Shown here in pieces: positions 19,291 to 30,241 of a DNA stretch of 64,000 nucleotides (its first letter is position 1; each line of letters begins with the position of its first letter). Position numbers and translations under genes: made by a program. Source of the stretch: Candidatus Micrarchaeota archaeon (GTDB taxonomy: Archaea; B1Sed10-29; B47-G15); the NCBI GenBank assembly GCA_003660975.1, contig QMVG01000004.1, positions 1 to 64,000 on the forward strand. Direction: 5' to 3'. The notes beneath the pieces are model-generated. The model made no database searches, was not told the DNA's origin, and saw nothing but the letters and a program-made list of their open reading frames with translations.

Positions 19291-19755
19291 GCTGTGTAGT
19301 AAGCTCCTTTCCTTCTTGCTCAGTATGAGACCAGTTTCAGCACTTGCCTTAACAGTTAGTACTGCCAAAGCATCGCTTATAAAATTGAATGCCCAAATGT
19401 GAGTATCTTCCTCTATGCTTAGTGTTGCTATTAACTGATTGAAGCGCTTTGCAGGGATTTCAGCAAATGCCTTTTCAAACAGTTCTTCCTCCCAAAAACC
19501 AAGCTTTGAACTGTCTATGAAACCAGAAGGGCTTTTAATTGCTTCTGAGCCCTTGCTAAGCTCGACGCTGCCTTCATTTACTGAGCAGGCCACAACCTCA
19601 TTGGATTCAGGGTTGTAGTATGACAATATCCATTCGCTTGGGATAAAAGGAAGTTTTGATATGCCAACACAGGAGCTAAGTGCAAAACCCTCAGACATAA
19701 TCTTTCTCACAGCGTCTGAGTTTTCAGCTTTTTTTATCGCTTCTTTTGCGTTCAT
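19279..19755 (-). CDS. Hypothetical protein (PepSY-like repeats possible)
   Basis: W-x-L-x-Y and W-x-F-x-F...VxAETGxI pattern. Confidence 0.6.
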   Translation of the reverse strand: MNAKEAIKKAENSDAVRKIMSEGFALSSCVGISKLPFIPSEWILSYYNPESNEVVACSVNEGSVELSKGSEAIKSPSGFIDSSKLGFWEEELFEKAFAEIPAKRFNQLIATLSIEEDTHIWAFNFISDALAVLTVKASAETGLILSKKERSLLHSSQL

Positions 19756-19804
19756 TTTCCCACCGAGGTGATATTTTTATATGCTTTCATCTATTAATAA
19801 GCCC

Positions 19805-21661
19805 ATGGTTGATAAAGAATTGGAAGAAGAGATAAAGGTAATAGGACTTACCAAATATCTAATAAACTTGCCTTCTCCAAAGCTGACAGTTTTCCTAATA
19901 TTGGCTGTTTCCTTCATAGCTTCTCTTCTCGGCTACTGTGCTATGCTGGGCTGTTCTGATATTGTTGCCAATCTTCCGAATATCTTGTTTTTAGCTCTCC
20001 TTTACTTGGCCACACCCGCATTTTTTTCATCAATAATCAACACTATGGCCTCACGGTTCAGCAGAAAAGAGATAATACTCAAAAGGTCTCTTTTTCTCTC
20101 ATTTTTTGGTTTGCTCATTGTTTCATCACTTTTTGTGATTGCCTGCCTGTTTTCCTCTTTCTTCAACGGAAAGTACTTCTATGATATAATGATATTCGCA
20201 TATACCATAGTACTTGCTGAGCAGGTCTTTATCATAATGGTAACACACCCCTACAATATGTTGCAGACAGTTATGGTTTCTCTTGTTTATCCCCTGATAG
20301 GCATACTGGTAATGAAGCCAGTTAAGTTCCTTTCATTGCTTCCTATGGAGATAGCAGCTGTAAATCCCATAACCATCCTGTTAAAATTCTCCATAGCCAC
20401 AACCGTTGTTCTTCTGGGCATATGGCTTTTCGTTTACGTGGTAAATGCCCCAATGAAAAGGAACTTCAATGTAAAGTCCATAGAAATGGCAAAGCTCTTC
20501 CTAGGCCATTGGTATGACTATTCAAGTGCTATAGAGGATAAACTCAAACAGATGGGAACAAAAGCAAAGACATGGATAGGCATACTCTCTTTTAAGAAAG
20601 GAAGTAAATTGAAAGTATTGCTCGTAACTCCCTACCTCCACCCAGGTCCCTTTGGAGAAGTTGGCGGCTCTAAGCTTAGCAAAATCTTTTCGGACACTTT
20701 AGAGGAGGAGACAGGGGCGAATGTCATAGTCACTCATGGCACAGTAACCTTTGATCTGAATCCCCTAACTACTGATTCCCTGTATCATAGCTGTGAACAG
20801 GTTTTAGAGGAGATTCCTAAGATAAAATATAGTAAATCGGCGTCAGCAATGATACGGTGCAGAGACGGAGATCTACAGATGTCTGGCCAGCTTTTTGGTA
20901 ATACTGTTTTTATGACATCAACGTTAAGTCCAAAACCCACAGAGGACATTGACTTTGCTGTTGGCGTAGCAGCTATGAATGAATTGAAGGAGAGCTTTCC
21001 AAATGCCATATATGCTGACTGCCACAATTGCTACCACAACGCAGGAGATTATGCCATCCTATCAGCCAACCCGAAGTTCTTCAACATCCTGAATGCTGCT
21101 AGAAAGCTGGGCAAATTACTGAAAAGAGAGAAGAAAAGGAAAATAAAGGCAGGTTATGCGCATGACCCAATGAGCAATTACTCATTAGAAGAAGGGATAG
21201 GGCCAACAGGCTTAAGGGTTCTTGTACTTAGTGTTGGCGGTATCAAAAACGCTTACATAATTTTTGATGCCAACAACATGGAGGTTGGTTTAAGGGATCG
21301 GATTATAGAGGCAGTTAGGAAGCTCGGCATAGATGATGCAGAGGTTATGACAACAGATTCACATATAGTAAATAATCTCAGAGGTGTCGAGAACCCTCTG
21401 GGCATGAAGATAGACACAGACGAGATTGTTAACCATGTTGTTGATACTGTTAGACGAGCATTGAATGACTTGGAAGAGGTTGAAGTTGGAGGCAAAACAG
21501 TAGAAGTTTCTGATATAGATGTTTTTGGTCCCCAAAAAGCAGCGGAGATTGTTGCCACCATAGACTCATTAGTTTCTGTGATGAAGATTGTGGGGCCCAT
21601 TATTTTCATTTCTTCCTTATTTTTGGCATTTGTACTGCAGACATCTGTTATTGGGTGGTGA
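19805..21661 (+). CDS. DUF2070 family membrane protein
   Basis: N-terminal TMs; HPGPFGEVGGS, DCHN, DANNM, TTDSH. Confidence 0.88.
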   Translation: MVDKELEEEIKVIGLTKYLINLPSPKLTVFLILAVSFIASLLGYCAMLGCSDIVANLPNILFLALLYLATPAFFSSIINTMASRFSRKEIILKRSLFLSFFGLLIVSSLFVIACLFSSFFNGKYFYDIMIFAYTIVLAEQVFIIMVTHPYNMLQTVMVSLVYPLIGILVMKPVKFLSLLPMEIAAVNPITILLKFSIATTVVLLGIWLFVYVVNAPMKRNFNVKSIEMAKLFLGHWYDYSSAIEDKLKQMGTKAKTWIGILSFKKGSKLKVLLVTPYLHPGPFGEVGGSKLSKIFSDTLEEETGANVIVTHGTVTFDLNPLTTDSLYHSCEQVLEEIPKIKYSKSASAMIRCRDGDLQMSGQLFGNTVFMTSTLSPKPTEDIDFAVGVAAMNELKESFPNAIYADCHNCYHNAGDYAILSANPKFFNILNAARKLGKLLKREKKRKIKAGYAHDPMSNYSLEEGIGPTGLRVLVLSVGGIKNAYIIFDANNMEVGLRDRIIEAVRKLGIDDAEVMTTDSHIVNNLRGVENPLGMKIDTDEIVNHVVDTVRRALNDLEEVEVGGKTVEVSDIDVFGPQKAAEIVATIDSLVSVMKIVGPIIFISSLFLAFVLQTSVIGW

Positions 21662-21662
21662 T

Positions 21663-22763
21663 ATGAGGATAGGTTTTTTCAGCGACACTTATTTCCCTGA
21701 GACAAACGGTGTTGTGATGAGCATAAATATCTTTGGCGGGGAATTGGTTAGAAGAGGCCATGAGGTTCATGTTATCTGTCCAAAGAGCGATAGGACAGAG
21801 GAAAGAGGCATGAAGATTCATTCTAGAAATGGCATTCCTTTTCTGCCTTATCCAGGTTATATAATTGCATTCCCTTGGGGGCCTGTTCCTGACTTGGATA
21901 TAGTCCACGCACACGGCCCATTTACCATGGGCATACATGCCGTGCATACTGCGCATAAACAAAAGATTCCCTTGGTGGCCACTTTCCACACTATGCTTCC
22001 AGATTATGTCCATTACATAGCGCCTTATGGAAAGCGAATTATGTCCAGAGTAGCAGAAGCTTATTGCTATTGGCACTATTCATATTACGATAAGGTCATT
22101 GTTCCGAGCCATGTTATAAAGAGGAAGGTCAGCGCTTGGATAAAAAACGAGATAGAGGTAATACCAACAGGCACTGACACCAAGTTGTTTAGGCCCATAA
22201 GAAAGAGCATAGCCAGAAAGAAAATGAAGTTAGAAGCTTATGATAAGATTTATCTTTATCTTGGCAGGATAGGGATGGAGAAAAACATAGATGTGTTGCT
22301 GAAAGCTGCAAGGAAATTCCTAAAAAAGAACGACATACTTGTTATAGCAGGCAAGGGTCCGTGGGAAGCCGAAATGCACCGCCTCATCAAAAGATTAGGC
22401 ATAGAGAAGCATGTTAGGTACTTGGGTTTCCTAGAGCGGGATATGGTTCCTTACTGTTATGCAGCTGCTGATGTTTTTATAACAGCCAGCGAAAGCGAGA
22501 CACAGGGATTGGTTTTAACTGAAGCAATGGCTTGTGGCACTCCTGTTGTAGCAGCGAACGCATTGGCAATTCCAGAGATAGTTAAGGACGGTGTAAATGG
22601 TTATCTATTTCCCGCAGGGGATTATGAGGCTCTTGCAGAGATAATCTTGAAAAAGGAGTTTACTAAGTCAATGATAAAAGAAGCGTATAAAACAGCAAAC
22701 GAGTTTTCAGTTGATAGCAGCGTGAGTAAGTTAGAGGCTTTATATAACAGCTTAATAGAATAG
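21663..22763 (+). CDS. Glycosyltransferase family 4
   Basis: FSDTYFPETNGV, ETQGLVLTEAMACG. Confidence 0.92.
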   Translation: MRIGFFSDTYFPETNGVVMSINIFGGELVRRGHEVHVICPKSDRTEERGMKIHSRNGIPFLPYPGYIIAFPWGPVPDLDIVHAHGPFTMGIHAVHTAHKQKIPLVATFHTMLPDYVHYIAPYGKRIMSRVAEAYCYWHYSYYDKVIVPSHVIKRKVSAWIKNEIEVIPTGTDTKLFRPIRKSIARKKMKLEAYDKIYLYLGRIGMEKNIDVLLKAARKFLKKNDILVIAGKGPWEAEMHRLIKRLGIEKHVRYLGFLERDMVPYCYAAADVFITASESETQGLVLTEAMACGTPVVAANALAIPEIVKDGVNGYLFPAGDYEALAEIILKKEFTKSMIKEAYKTANEFSVDSSVSKLEALYNSLIE

Positions 22764-23858
22764 TCAGCTCTTGTTCCTCAGCAACTCTTCATATAACTTT
22801 ATCAATTTTTTTGCTGTGTTCCTTATGTCTCTCTTCATGGCTTCTTTCTCTCCGTTTTTTACAACCTTTTTCCTGAAACTGTCGTCTTCCCATAGGTGTT
22901 TTAGCTTTGCCTTTAGCTCATCGTAGCTGTGGAAAGTATATCCTGTCTTCCCGTCTTTTATAAATTCCTTTATACAGGGTAGGTCAGTAGCTATGACTGC
23001 ATTTTCTGTAATCATGGCCTCCAAAGCTACCAGGCCTTCTGTCTCGTCCGTACTGGGAAGCACGAAGACCTTGGCAGCGTGATATGCGCTTCTTAGCTCT
23101 TCTCTGGACAGCCTTCCAACGAATGTTGCCTCTGGATATTTTTCCTTTAGCTCATCTAGCATCGGACCTGTGCTGCAAAGCACTGCCTTTATTCCCAACT
23201 CCTTGCAAGCTTTTAGGAAGAATTCTGGTCTCTTCTCAGGAGAAGCCCTTATAACAGACAAGGCGAAGTCCTCTTTAACACCATATTTGCTTCTAAATAA
23301 ATTTGGGTCACTATCTCCAAGCCAAAATTCAGCGTCTATGCCCGCAGAAGCAATGGTGACCGGCCTGTCTAGGCCATGCTTCCTAAAACGCTCCTCTGTT
23401 GCATGGGTTTGGCAGACCACATGGTCAAACTTGTTCATAAACGATATCAAGTAAGACCAGCCTAAAGGCTCTAAGAAGTTTAGGTGATACATTGAAAAAA
23501 AATGAGATGGGGCAGTATGGCTGGTTATGACTGTTGGCTTATTTTTTACTTTGCCTCCTATGAGACCTGCCCAACCAGCAGGATAAACGGTGTGAGAGTG
23601 GAATATATCCAAATCCTTTCCAAAGCTTGTGGGAAATAGTATTTCATATTTTGGCGCAGGCGGAAATGGGATTCTTGGATAGTGGTATACTTTGAAATTA
23701 GCTGGCTTATCAGAAGAAAACTTTTTAGCCCTTCCGCTCCCTGTGAACACTGTTACGTCAACACCCTCATTTGACAGGTAATATGCCAGGTTATGCACAT
23801 GAACAGCCACGCCGTTCAATTGCGCATATGTGTCAGTAAACAACCCAACCCTCATCAC
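22764..23858 (-). CDS. Glycosyltransferase family 4
   Basis: FTDTYAQLNGV, ETEGLVALEAM. Confidence 0.9.
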   Translation of the reverse strand: MMRVGLFTDTYAQLNGVAVHVHNLAYYLSNEGVDVTVFTGSGRAKKFSSDKPANFKVYHYPRIPFPPAPKYEILFPTSFGKDLDIFHSHTVYPAGWAGLIGGKVKNKPTVITSHTAPSHFFSMYHLNFLEPLGWSYLISFMNKFDHVVCQTHATEERFRKHGLDRPVTIASAGIDAEFWLGDSDPNLFRSKYGVKEDFALSVIRASPEKRPEFFLKACKELGIKAVLCSTGPMLDELKEKYPEATFVGRLSREELRSAYHAAKVFVLPSTDETEGLVALEAMITENAVIATDLPCIKEFIKDGKTGYTFHSYDELKAKLKHLWEDDSFRKKVVKNGEKEAMKRDIRNTAKKLIKLYEELLRNKS

Positions 23859-25036
23859 AAAACACCCCTTAAATAATCAAAATAATACGACTCCATTCTC
23901 TTTGTTATCTTTTCCCAGTCAAAATATCTCTCTGCCCTTTTTCTGCCTTTTTTGCCCTCTCTTCTCGCCAGTTTTTTGTCGCTGAAATATTTTATCACCT
24001 CCTTTGCCACTGCTTTCTCGTTTTTTGGTGGTATTAGAGAACCAACCTCTCCAATAACTTCAGGAATTCCCCCAACAAATGTTCCTATGGGGACAGTTTC
24101 GCAAGACATTGCCTCTGTGAAGACAAGGCCAAATGGCTCGTATAGGGAAGGGAGCACGAAAACATCTGCTGCTGAATAATAGGCTATTAGCTCTTTCTCA
24201 CTTATGAAATGAGTGATAAATATGACCTTGTCCTCCATATTTAATTCCTTAACCCTTCTTTTCAGCATGTGCTCTTCAGGACCTCTTCCTATGATAAGCG
24301 CCTTAAAATCTGGCTCTTCCTTTCTTATCTGTGGCAGTGAGTCAATTACATATTTTATTCCTTTTTGCGGCTGGAATCTAGCAACGGTTAGCATAAGGTT
24401 CTCACAGCCCAGCTCTTCCTTCACCTTATTCCTGACTTTGCGATACTTCTTGGTGTCTATGCCATTGTACAAAACCCTTGTCCTTGATTCAGGAAAGCCT
24501 TCAGGCACTGTAATTTGCAGCGTATACTCGCTGTTGCCTATTATCATATCAGCTGATTTCATGACTATCTTGCCTATGCTTTCGTCAAATAGTTGGCCAA
24601 GAGTATCTGTTATGAAATCTATTCCCACAGGTCTTGCATTGTGGAGAGTCAGAAAAAGAGGTATCTTGTAAATCCTTTTCCAAAAGATAACAGAATCATA
24701 GGACAGGAAGAACCTATTATGCAGGTGAATAAAGTCCGGCCTCTCTGATTTAAGTATTTTCCTTAACCTTCTCTGAAAGCCAAAAGGGATGTTGTATGGT
24801 GGAGGGAGAAAATATGGAAGTTTTCTTATCAGGAAGCTATTCAACCTATGGATATGGATGCCTTCAATCTCCTCTTCAAGAGGGTCATCTTCATTCCACT
24901 TTGATGCAATTATGTGAACATCGTGCTTTCTTGCCAATCTCCTGCTCAGCTCATACAAATATTTTTCAATACCTCCCATAAAAGGGTAGACAAAAGGGTC
25001 CACCATTAGTAAGGTTAACCTCTCCATATGCATCAC
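23855..25036 (-). CDS. Glycosyltransferase family 4
   Basis: GGIEKY, EPFGLVFTEAM. Confidence 0.92.
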   Translation of the reverse strand: MMHMERLTLLMVDPFVYPFMGGIEKYLYELSRRLARKHDVHIIASKWNEDDPLEEEIEGIHIHRLNSFLIRKLPYFLPPPYNIPFGFQRRLRKILKSERPDFIHLHNRFFLSYDSVIFWKRIYKIPLFLTLHNARPVGIDFITDTLGQLFDESIGKIVMKSADMIIGNSEYTLQITVPEGFPESRTRVLYNGIDTKKYRKVRNKVKEELGCENLMLTVARFQPQKGIKYVIDSLPQIRKEEPDFKALIIGRGPEEHMLKRRVKELNMEDKVIFITHFISEKELIAYYSAADVFVLPSLYEPFGLVFTEAMSCETVPIGTFVGGIPEVIGEVGSLIPPKNEKAVAKEVIKYFSDKKLARREGKKGRKRAERYFDWEKITKRMESYYFDYLRGVL

Positions 25037-26091
25037 AGTTTGAACTCCTCGTTCTCTATCAATGTCTCAAGCCCCATCTTCAGCGTTACTATTGCTCCCA
25101 CAAAAACTATTAACCAATAAGATATTAATCTAAATATCGTTGTAAAGAGCGTTCCATCCACCAAGCCCGCTCCCATGGACATAAAGGATATCGACACTAT
25201 TTCAAAAACACCTATGCCTCCTGGCAGTAAGCTGAGTAGGGAAGTCATCGTCACAGCGAGGTAGATAAACATGGCTGTGTAAACAGGAATGAAAATGCCA
25301 GAAGCTAGCATCACCATGAAAAAAGCCATTGAGACAAAGAAGTGCTGGAAAGACATCAGCAGACCATTCACTATAATCTTTTTTTTGTGCAGCAACGGGA
25401 TTACTGAGGTGTGAAAGTTCAAAACAGTTTTGTCAGCCCATGCTCCAAGCAGCTCTGGTTTGAAATTCTCTTTCTTTGTTATATAATAAGCTATCTTTGC
25501 TGCAAACCTAGCGCCTTTGACAACAAGTTTCCTGCACATGTTTAGGTCTACTATAAGGTAAATAATGATGAGAAGAGAAAAAGCAAACAGGGCAAAGAGC
25601 ACCATTATTATTACAAGGAGTGTGAAGTCATAAGCTCCTTTTATTACTACTGACAGAATCACAGTTATGGCAAATATGCTAAAACCGAAAAACCATGAAA
25701 CTATCTGTGCCACGACTGTCGCAAATGCTTTTGAATACTCTACGCCTGCCTTTTCGTGCATCAAGTAAGCAATAGTAAATTCGCCGCCAGGGGCAATGTT
25801 TGGCAATACGTTGTCCACGAAAAAGCCAGCTAATGTTATCTTAAACATTTTTAGAAAGGAAATCTTTCCGCCTAAAAAATGAAGCAGCAGTTTAAGGTTT
25901 AGAGCGTATATATATGGAGACATAAACACAAAAAAAACCGCTGCTAGCAGGAAGAAGGGATTTAAGTGCTCTATTTTTAACAAGGCCTCTCTGGCTCCTG
26001 AGAGAGACATGAAAAGGACCAGTGCCAATAGCCACAGTGCGAACACTGCTGCCCACAGTTTCATTTTCTCTTTAAGCTTTCTTTCCTTCAT
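25033..26091 (-). CDS. Flippase-like / lysylphosphatidylglycerol-synthase TM domain protein
   Basis: GFFVDNVLP..PGGE, LPGGIGVFE, FRLISYW. Confidence 0.85.
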   Translation of the reverse strand: MKERKLKEKMKLWAAVFALWLLALVLFMSLSGAREALLKIEHLNPFFLLAAVFFVFMSPYIYALNLKLLLHFLGGKISFLKMFKITLAGFFVDNVLPNIAPGGEFTIAYLMHEKAGVEYSKAFATVVAQIVSWFFGFSIFAITVILSVVIKGAYDFTLLVIIMVLFALFAFSLLIIIYLIVDLNMCRKLVVKGARFAAKIAYYITKKENFKPELLGAWADKTVLNFHTSVIPLLHKKKIIVNGLLMSFQHFFVSMAFFMVMLASGIFIPVYTAMFIYLAVTMTSLLSLLPGGIGVFEIVSISFMSMGAGLVDGTLFTTIFRLISYWLIVFVGAIVTLKMGLETLIENEEFKL

Positions 26092-26150
26092 GCTTAAATA
26101 AAAAGTAAAAGAATATAAAAAACAATAAGCCTATAACATATGGGGTTTAC

Positions 26151-27026
26151 ATGCCAAGCTTAAAGTGGGCCATAATAATTACATTCTTTATACTGTCGCT
26201 TATGCTCTCAGCTATATTCTGGTTAGCCATGTTCTTCTTCAGAGTTACAGGGCCTACATTGGTGCTCTCTACGTTTGCCTTTGTGGCTTTTATGATTTTC
26301 TTTCAGTGGCTCGTGGGGCCTTCAGTAATTAAGATGACAGCAAGGCTCAGGCCGTGTGAGGACAAAAAGATACTGCACATGGTTGAAAAGATTAGCAGGA
26401 AGACGGGAATTCCTATGCCAGATGTTTACATTGCTGACAGCAGAATACCAAATGCTTTTGCTTTTGGCAGGACCCAAAGCAGCTCTGCTATAGCTCTGCA
26501 CAAGGGATTAATTGACAGCTTGAACGACAGCGAACTGGAAGCAGTTATAGCACATGAAATAGGACATATAAAGCACAGGGATGTAATTGTAATGACTCTG
26601 GCCTCTGCTCTTCCGCTAATATTGTATTATTTGATCTACTTTGGCAGTCTTTTTGCTTCTTCTAGAGACAATAGGGGAACTGTGAACTATCTTGGAGCTT
26701 GGTTAGGAGCAAGTGTGGCTCACTTTTTAGGCACCCTCATAGTGCTTTACCTTTCCAGAGTGAGAGAGTATTATGCTGACGAGCATTCTGCTTTGGTGAC
26801 AAAGAGGCCTGATAGTCTCATATCTGCCCTTAGGAAAATAAGTCAAGGCATAAGAAGTAGCCCAGTTCCGAGAAGAGCAGGGAGAGAGGACATATTAAGA
26901 ACATTCTACATAGAGAACCCTGCCATGGAGCTGTCTGGCTCCTCTCTCATGGAGTTGCTTATGACACATCCACCATTGGAAAAAAGGATAAAGGCATTGG
27001 AGAAGATAAAGAGAAAGCTTCTCTAA
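26151..27026 (+). CDS. htpX: Zinc metalloprotease HtpX (M48)
   Basis: PNAFAFG, AHEIGHI, SRVREYYAD, THPPLEKRI. Confidence 0.93.
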   Translation: MPSLKWAIIITFFILSLMLSAIFWLAMFFFRVTGPTLVLSTFAFVAFMIFFQWLVGPSVIKMTARLRPCEDKKILHMVEKISRKTGIPMPDVYIADSRIPNAFAFGRTQSSSAIALHKGLIDSLNDSELEAVIAHEIGHIKHRDVIVMTLASALPLILYYLIYFGSLFASSRDNRGTVNYLGAWLGASVAHFLGTLIVLYLSRVREYYADEHSALVTKRPDSLISALRKISQGIRSSPVPRRAGREDILRTFYIENPAMELSGSSLMELLMTHPPLEKRIKALEKIKRKLL

Positions 27027-28243
27027 TATGTTCTCAGCTCTCCTTCTATGAGCCTTTTGCTTACGCTTCTTATATTGTCTAATTCATCGTTCGCTATGTC
27101 AACAATCTCTTTTTCCAAGCTTTTGACCTTCACTCCTTCTTTCGGTGAGACTTTTACTGAAAGCTTTTTGGGTTGGTCTATGGGCCTTCCTATGCTTGAC
27201 AATATGTCTACATATACCTCTTCTATGCCTTTTACTTCAGAGTATATTCTGTTTGAAAGCTCATCAGCCAAAACATTGTAGATTTTTCCAACGTGGTTTA
27301 TTGGGTTTTTTCCACAAGCAGCCTCCAAGCTCATTGGCCTGTTCGGCGTTATCAAACCATTGCTTCTGTTGCCTCTTCCTACCATTCCGTCATCGCCCAT
27401 CTCAGCACTCAGGCCAGTAACTGTGATATAGACACTGTCTGGATTGTCCTCATGGTCTGCAGTATTTATTGAAACCGATATGGAATCTGCCCTTTTCTTC
27501 TGCTCTTTATTTATTTCCTCACAGATGTTCAGCACATCTTCTTCTAGCTGTCTTTTCAGTGAAATGTATTCAGAAAGAGAAGAGACAAACTTGTCAACAA
27601 AAGCCACGCCCAAAGTAAATAAAAAGTCATTGCCATCTCTTAGTCCCATGACTTTTACGTCTTCTCCAATCCATGGGTGCTCTATCCTGTATTTCGGGCT
27701 ATTAAGCGTTTCAGTTACTTTCAAAACCATTTCTTCAAGTCGGGAGTATGGAGCGTATCCAACACCAAAAGAGGTATCATTTGCCAAAGGAATATCTTTT
27801 TTATTTCTCTCAAAACAGCTCACTAAGTCATTGGAACCGTGAGAGAGATATGACTCTATTTCTATGTTCTCTACTTTTAGGTTGAACATATTGTTCTGCA
27901 AGTAATTCCTGCATGCTTTTATGGCGATTTCATCAACAGGAATCTCTTCTCCCCTGTATTCGCTGCTTGCTCTCCCTATTAATATGATTTTTATGGGTTT
28001 CATTATCTCTCCACCGCCAAACTCCGGTTTTGAGGCACCTGCAGCCAGTGCGATTTTGTCAACGTTGTGGTGCAGTACTTCACCAAAGCGTTTTATGTAT
28101 TCCTTTGAGAGGGCTTTGCTGATTTCCTCTGCGAGAGCATCGCATATGGTGTCTGGATGCCCTATGCCCTTTCTCTCCACCATTTCTATTTCGTAATCCT
28201 CTATTAGAGGCCTTCCTGAGTGCTCCACTGATATATTTCTCAT
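27023..28243 (-). CDS. mat: Archaeal S-adenosylmethionine synthetase
   Basis: [35 protein letters not shown]. Confidence 0.96.
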   Translation of the reverse strand: MRNISVEHSGRPLIEDYEIEMVERKGIGHPDTICDALAEEISKALSKEYIKRFGEVLHHNVDKIALAAGASKPEFGGGEIMKPIKIILIGRASSEYRGEEIPVDEIAIKACRNYLQNNMFNLKVENIEIESYLSHGSNDLVSCFERNKKDIPLANDTSFGVGYAPYSRLEEMVLKVTETLNSPKYRIEHPWIGEDVKVMGLRDGNDFLFTLGVAFVDKFVSSLSEYISLKRQLEEDVLNICEEINKEQKKRADSISVSINTADHEDNPDSVYITVTGLSAEMGDDGMVGRGNRSNGLITPNRPMSLEAACGKNPINHVGKIYNVLADELSNRIYSEVKGIEEVYVDILSSIGRPIDQPKKLSVKVSPKEGVKVKSLEKEIVDIANDELDNIRSVSKRLIEGELRTY

Positions 28244-28355
28244 CTTAACACCTATATTCTAATTAGAATATTATCAGCTAACATTATAATGAAGAGAATA
28301 GAGATATTTTGAAAAAGCTCTTTTTTATACTTTTTGTGGTTCTAACAAAAACAAA

Positions 28356-28607
28356 TCAGGCCGTGTGAAAAGCAATCTCTATGCGAACTTTATATCCTTT
28401 GGATTTTATTTCCTCTTCAATGCTGTTTTCTATGTAAGATTGCAGGTCCCTCATGTGGTGGGGCAAATGAATTAGCACATCTACAGCTTTTTCTTCCTCA
28501 TTTACTTCTATTTGCTTTACTATTCCCAAGTCAACTATGTTCTTTCCGGTCTCTGGGTCCACTATCTCCCTAAGACAATCGGCAAATGCTTTTTCTTCCA
28601 TAGTCAT
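28356..28607 (-). CDS. DUF59/SufT-like protein
   Basis: LREIVDPETGKNIVDLGIV. Confidence 0.8.
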   Translation of the reverse strand: MTMEEKAFADCLREIVDPETGKNIVDLGIVKQIEVNEEEKAVDVLIHLPHHMRDLQSYIENSIEEEIKSKGYKVRIEIAFHTA

Positions 28608-28632
28608 AAAAAAACAGCTGAGAATAAAAAGC

Positions 28633-29883
28633 TTAGAGGAAAAGCGTTATAATGCCAAGAACTATTGCAGCCCCAGCTAATAGGATTAATATCTTTATTA
28701 CCTTTTCAGCCTCTTCTGTAGGAACTCCCAAGCCTCCCCCCAACTTGACCTTTGTTTTCTTTTCCTTCTTCTCCTTGCTTTCCTGCTTTATTCTTTTGAA
28801 GACTACCGGGGCCTCTCCTGTCTCTTTCTCTGCCTCCTTTTTCTTCGGAGCTTCCAGAGCTATGGCTTCCTCTTCTAAGTCCAAAGCCCTTTTTATCGCA
28901 GCTGGAACAAATTTTACTCCTCTGAGAGTGTCAACTTGGGCAGATAGGCCCATTTCCTTTAAGCGTTCATACTCTTCGTCAGTAATTGCTATTAGCTTGC
29001 CTTCCTGCACTTTCTTTGCCACCTGCTTCTCATAGTCTTTCTTCAGCATTATTGCCCTTGGCTTTTCCTCTTTTTCTTCCTTTTTTTCCTCTGAAATTTC
29101 AGCTTTCTTCTTTTTAGCTTTGGAGCTGATCTTCATAGGTCTTATGGTTCCTTTATCTCTCATCAATGCCAGGACGTCATCATAATACGCTTTACCCAGG
29201 GCCCTTTTTGAAGGTGGCAGTGGCAATCTTATTATGGCTTTGCTTCCAAGGGCTGTTTCTACCTCACCTTCGCTAACCTCAATGCCCTTTATCTCTTTGT
29301 GCTTCTCCAAGAACTCTCTGGCCTTTTCAGGTCTCACATACAGCTTTAAGTAGAGCTTCCCGTTTTTCTTGTATGCTATCTTGCTCGCAGCTCCCATCCA
29401 GTCCTCGCCCATAACGCTCTTTTTCAGCAGGTATCTGCTGTCCTCTGTTTCAAACTCCAACTTTGACCTTGACCTCTTTCTTGACCACTCCGAAGTACTT
29501 GACTTAAAGCGCTTGAACATGGCCCCAGTAGCATCTCCAAGGACGCCAAAGCGTTTTGCGATATCTCTTGTCGTGTATTTCCTTCCATCGCTTGTTTCAA
29601 CCACTAGCATTTCATTTCCCTTTTCCTTGATTGTTTTGGCTGTCTTCTCATCTATTTCCACCATTTTCCTTTCCTTCACCAGTTTTTCTGTCCACTTGTC
29701 AACTATTTTCTTTTTTTCTTCCTCTGAGGCTTTTTCAAACTTTTCTAAAAATCGCCCCAGCTCTGTCTTCTTTTCTTTTGCTTTGCTCTGCTTCCTGGCG
29801 GGATGTTTATCTGTGTTTCTTTCTTTCCTTTCTTCCATTATTTTATTTATTCCCTTGCCGAGAGCAGCTTTTTTAGGCATCAT
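28633..29883 (-). CDS. Lys/Glu-rich hypothetical protein with C-terminal TM anchor
   Basis: 416-aa ORF, GGTGA RBS, C-terminal hydrophobic helix. Confidence 0.7.
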   Translation of the reverse strand: MMPKKAALGKGINKIMEERKERNTDKHPARKQSKAKEKKTELGRFLEKFEKASEEEKKKIVDKWTEKLVKERKMVEIDEKTAKTIKEKGNEMLVVETSDGRKYTTRDIAKRFGVLGDATGAMFKRFKSSTSEWSRKRSRSKLEFETEDSRYLLKKSVMGEDWMGAASKIAYKKNGKLYLKLYVRPEKAREFLEKHKEIKGIEVSEGEVETALGSKAIIRLPLPPSKRALGKAYYDDVLALMRDKGTIRPMKISSKAKKKKAEISEEKKEEKEEKPRAIMLKKDYEKQVAKKVQEGKLIAITDEEYERLKEMGLSAQVDTLRGVKFVPAAIKRALDLEEEAIALEAPKKKEAEKETGEAPVVFKRIKQESKEKKEKKTKVKLGGGLGVPTEEAEKVIKILILLAGAAIVLGIITLFL

Positions 29884-30021
29884 CTCACCTGAAATATTAT
29901 TGCAATCGCATATATATAAACATTCCTGAGACTAAAAAGGTTTGGGAAATATATAAAACTTGGCAAAGCGTCAGGAAAAGCTGATGAGTGAAATAAAGCC
30001 CCAAGGTTATGGTCTTCAACC

Positions 30022-30110
30022 TAAGCTTTTTTCTGTGAAAACTATGGAAAAAGCTTAAGCAAAAAAAGCAAAAATAAGCTTTTTTCTGTGATAACTGTGA
30101 AAAAAGCTTG
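30022..30110 (-). repeat. Two REP-like palindromes behind tRNA-Ile
   Basis: TAAGCTTTTTT...AAAAAGCTT(A/G) at 30022-30057 and 30075-30110. Confidence 0.88.
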
Positions 30111-30116
30111 CAAAAA

Positions 30117-30191
30117 TGGGCCAGGAGGGATTTGAACCCTCGACCTCCCGGTTATCAGCCGGGTGCTCCAACCAGACTAAGCTACTGGCCC
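30117..30191 (-). tRNA. tRNA-Ile(GAT)
   Basis: GGGCCAG/CTGGCCC acceptor, CCCGG-CT-GAT-AA-CCGGG arm. Confidence 0.96.
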
Positions 30192-30241
30192 TGAAAATAT
30201 GGAAGATATTAGGCAGCAGTAGTTATTTAAACCTAACCCAA

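Noticed and set aside
29981-29993. Hammerhead-like core CTGATGAG-T-GAAA
   Set aside because: No room for stem II and no convincing stems I and III
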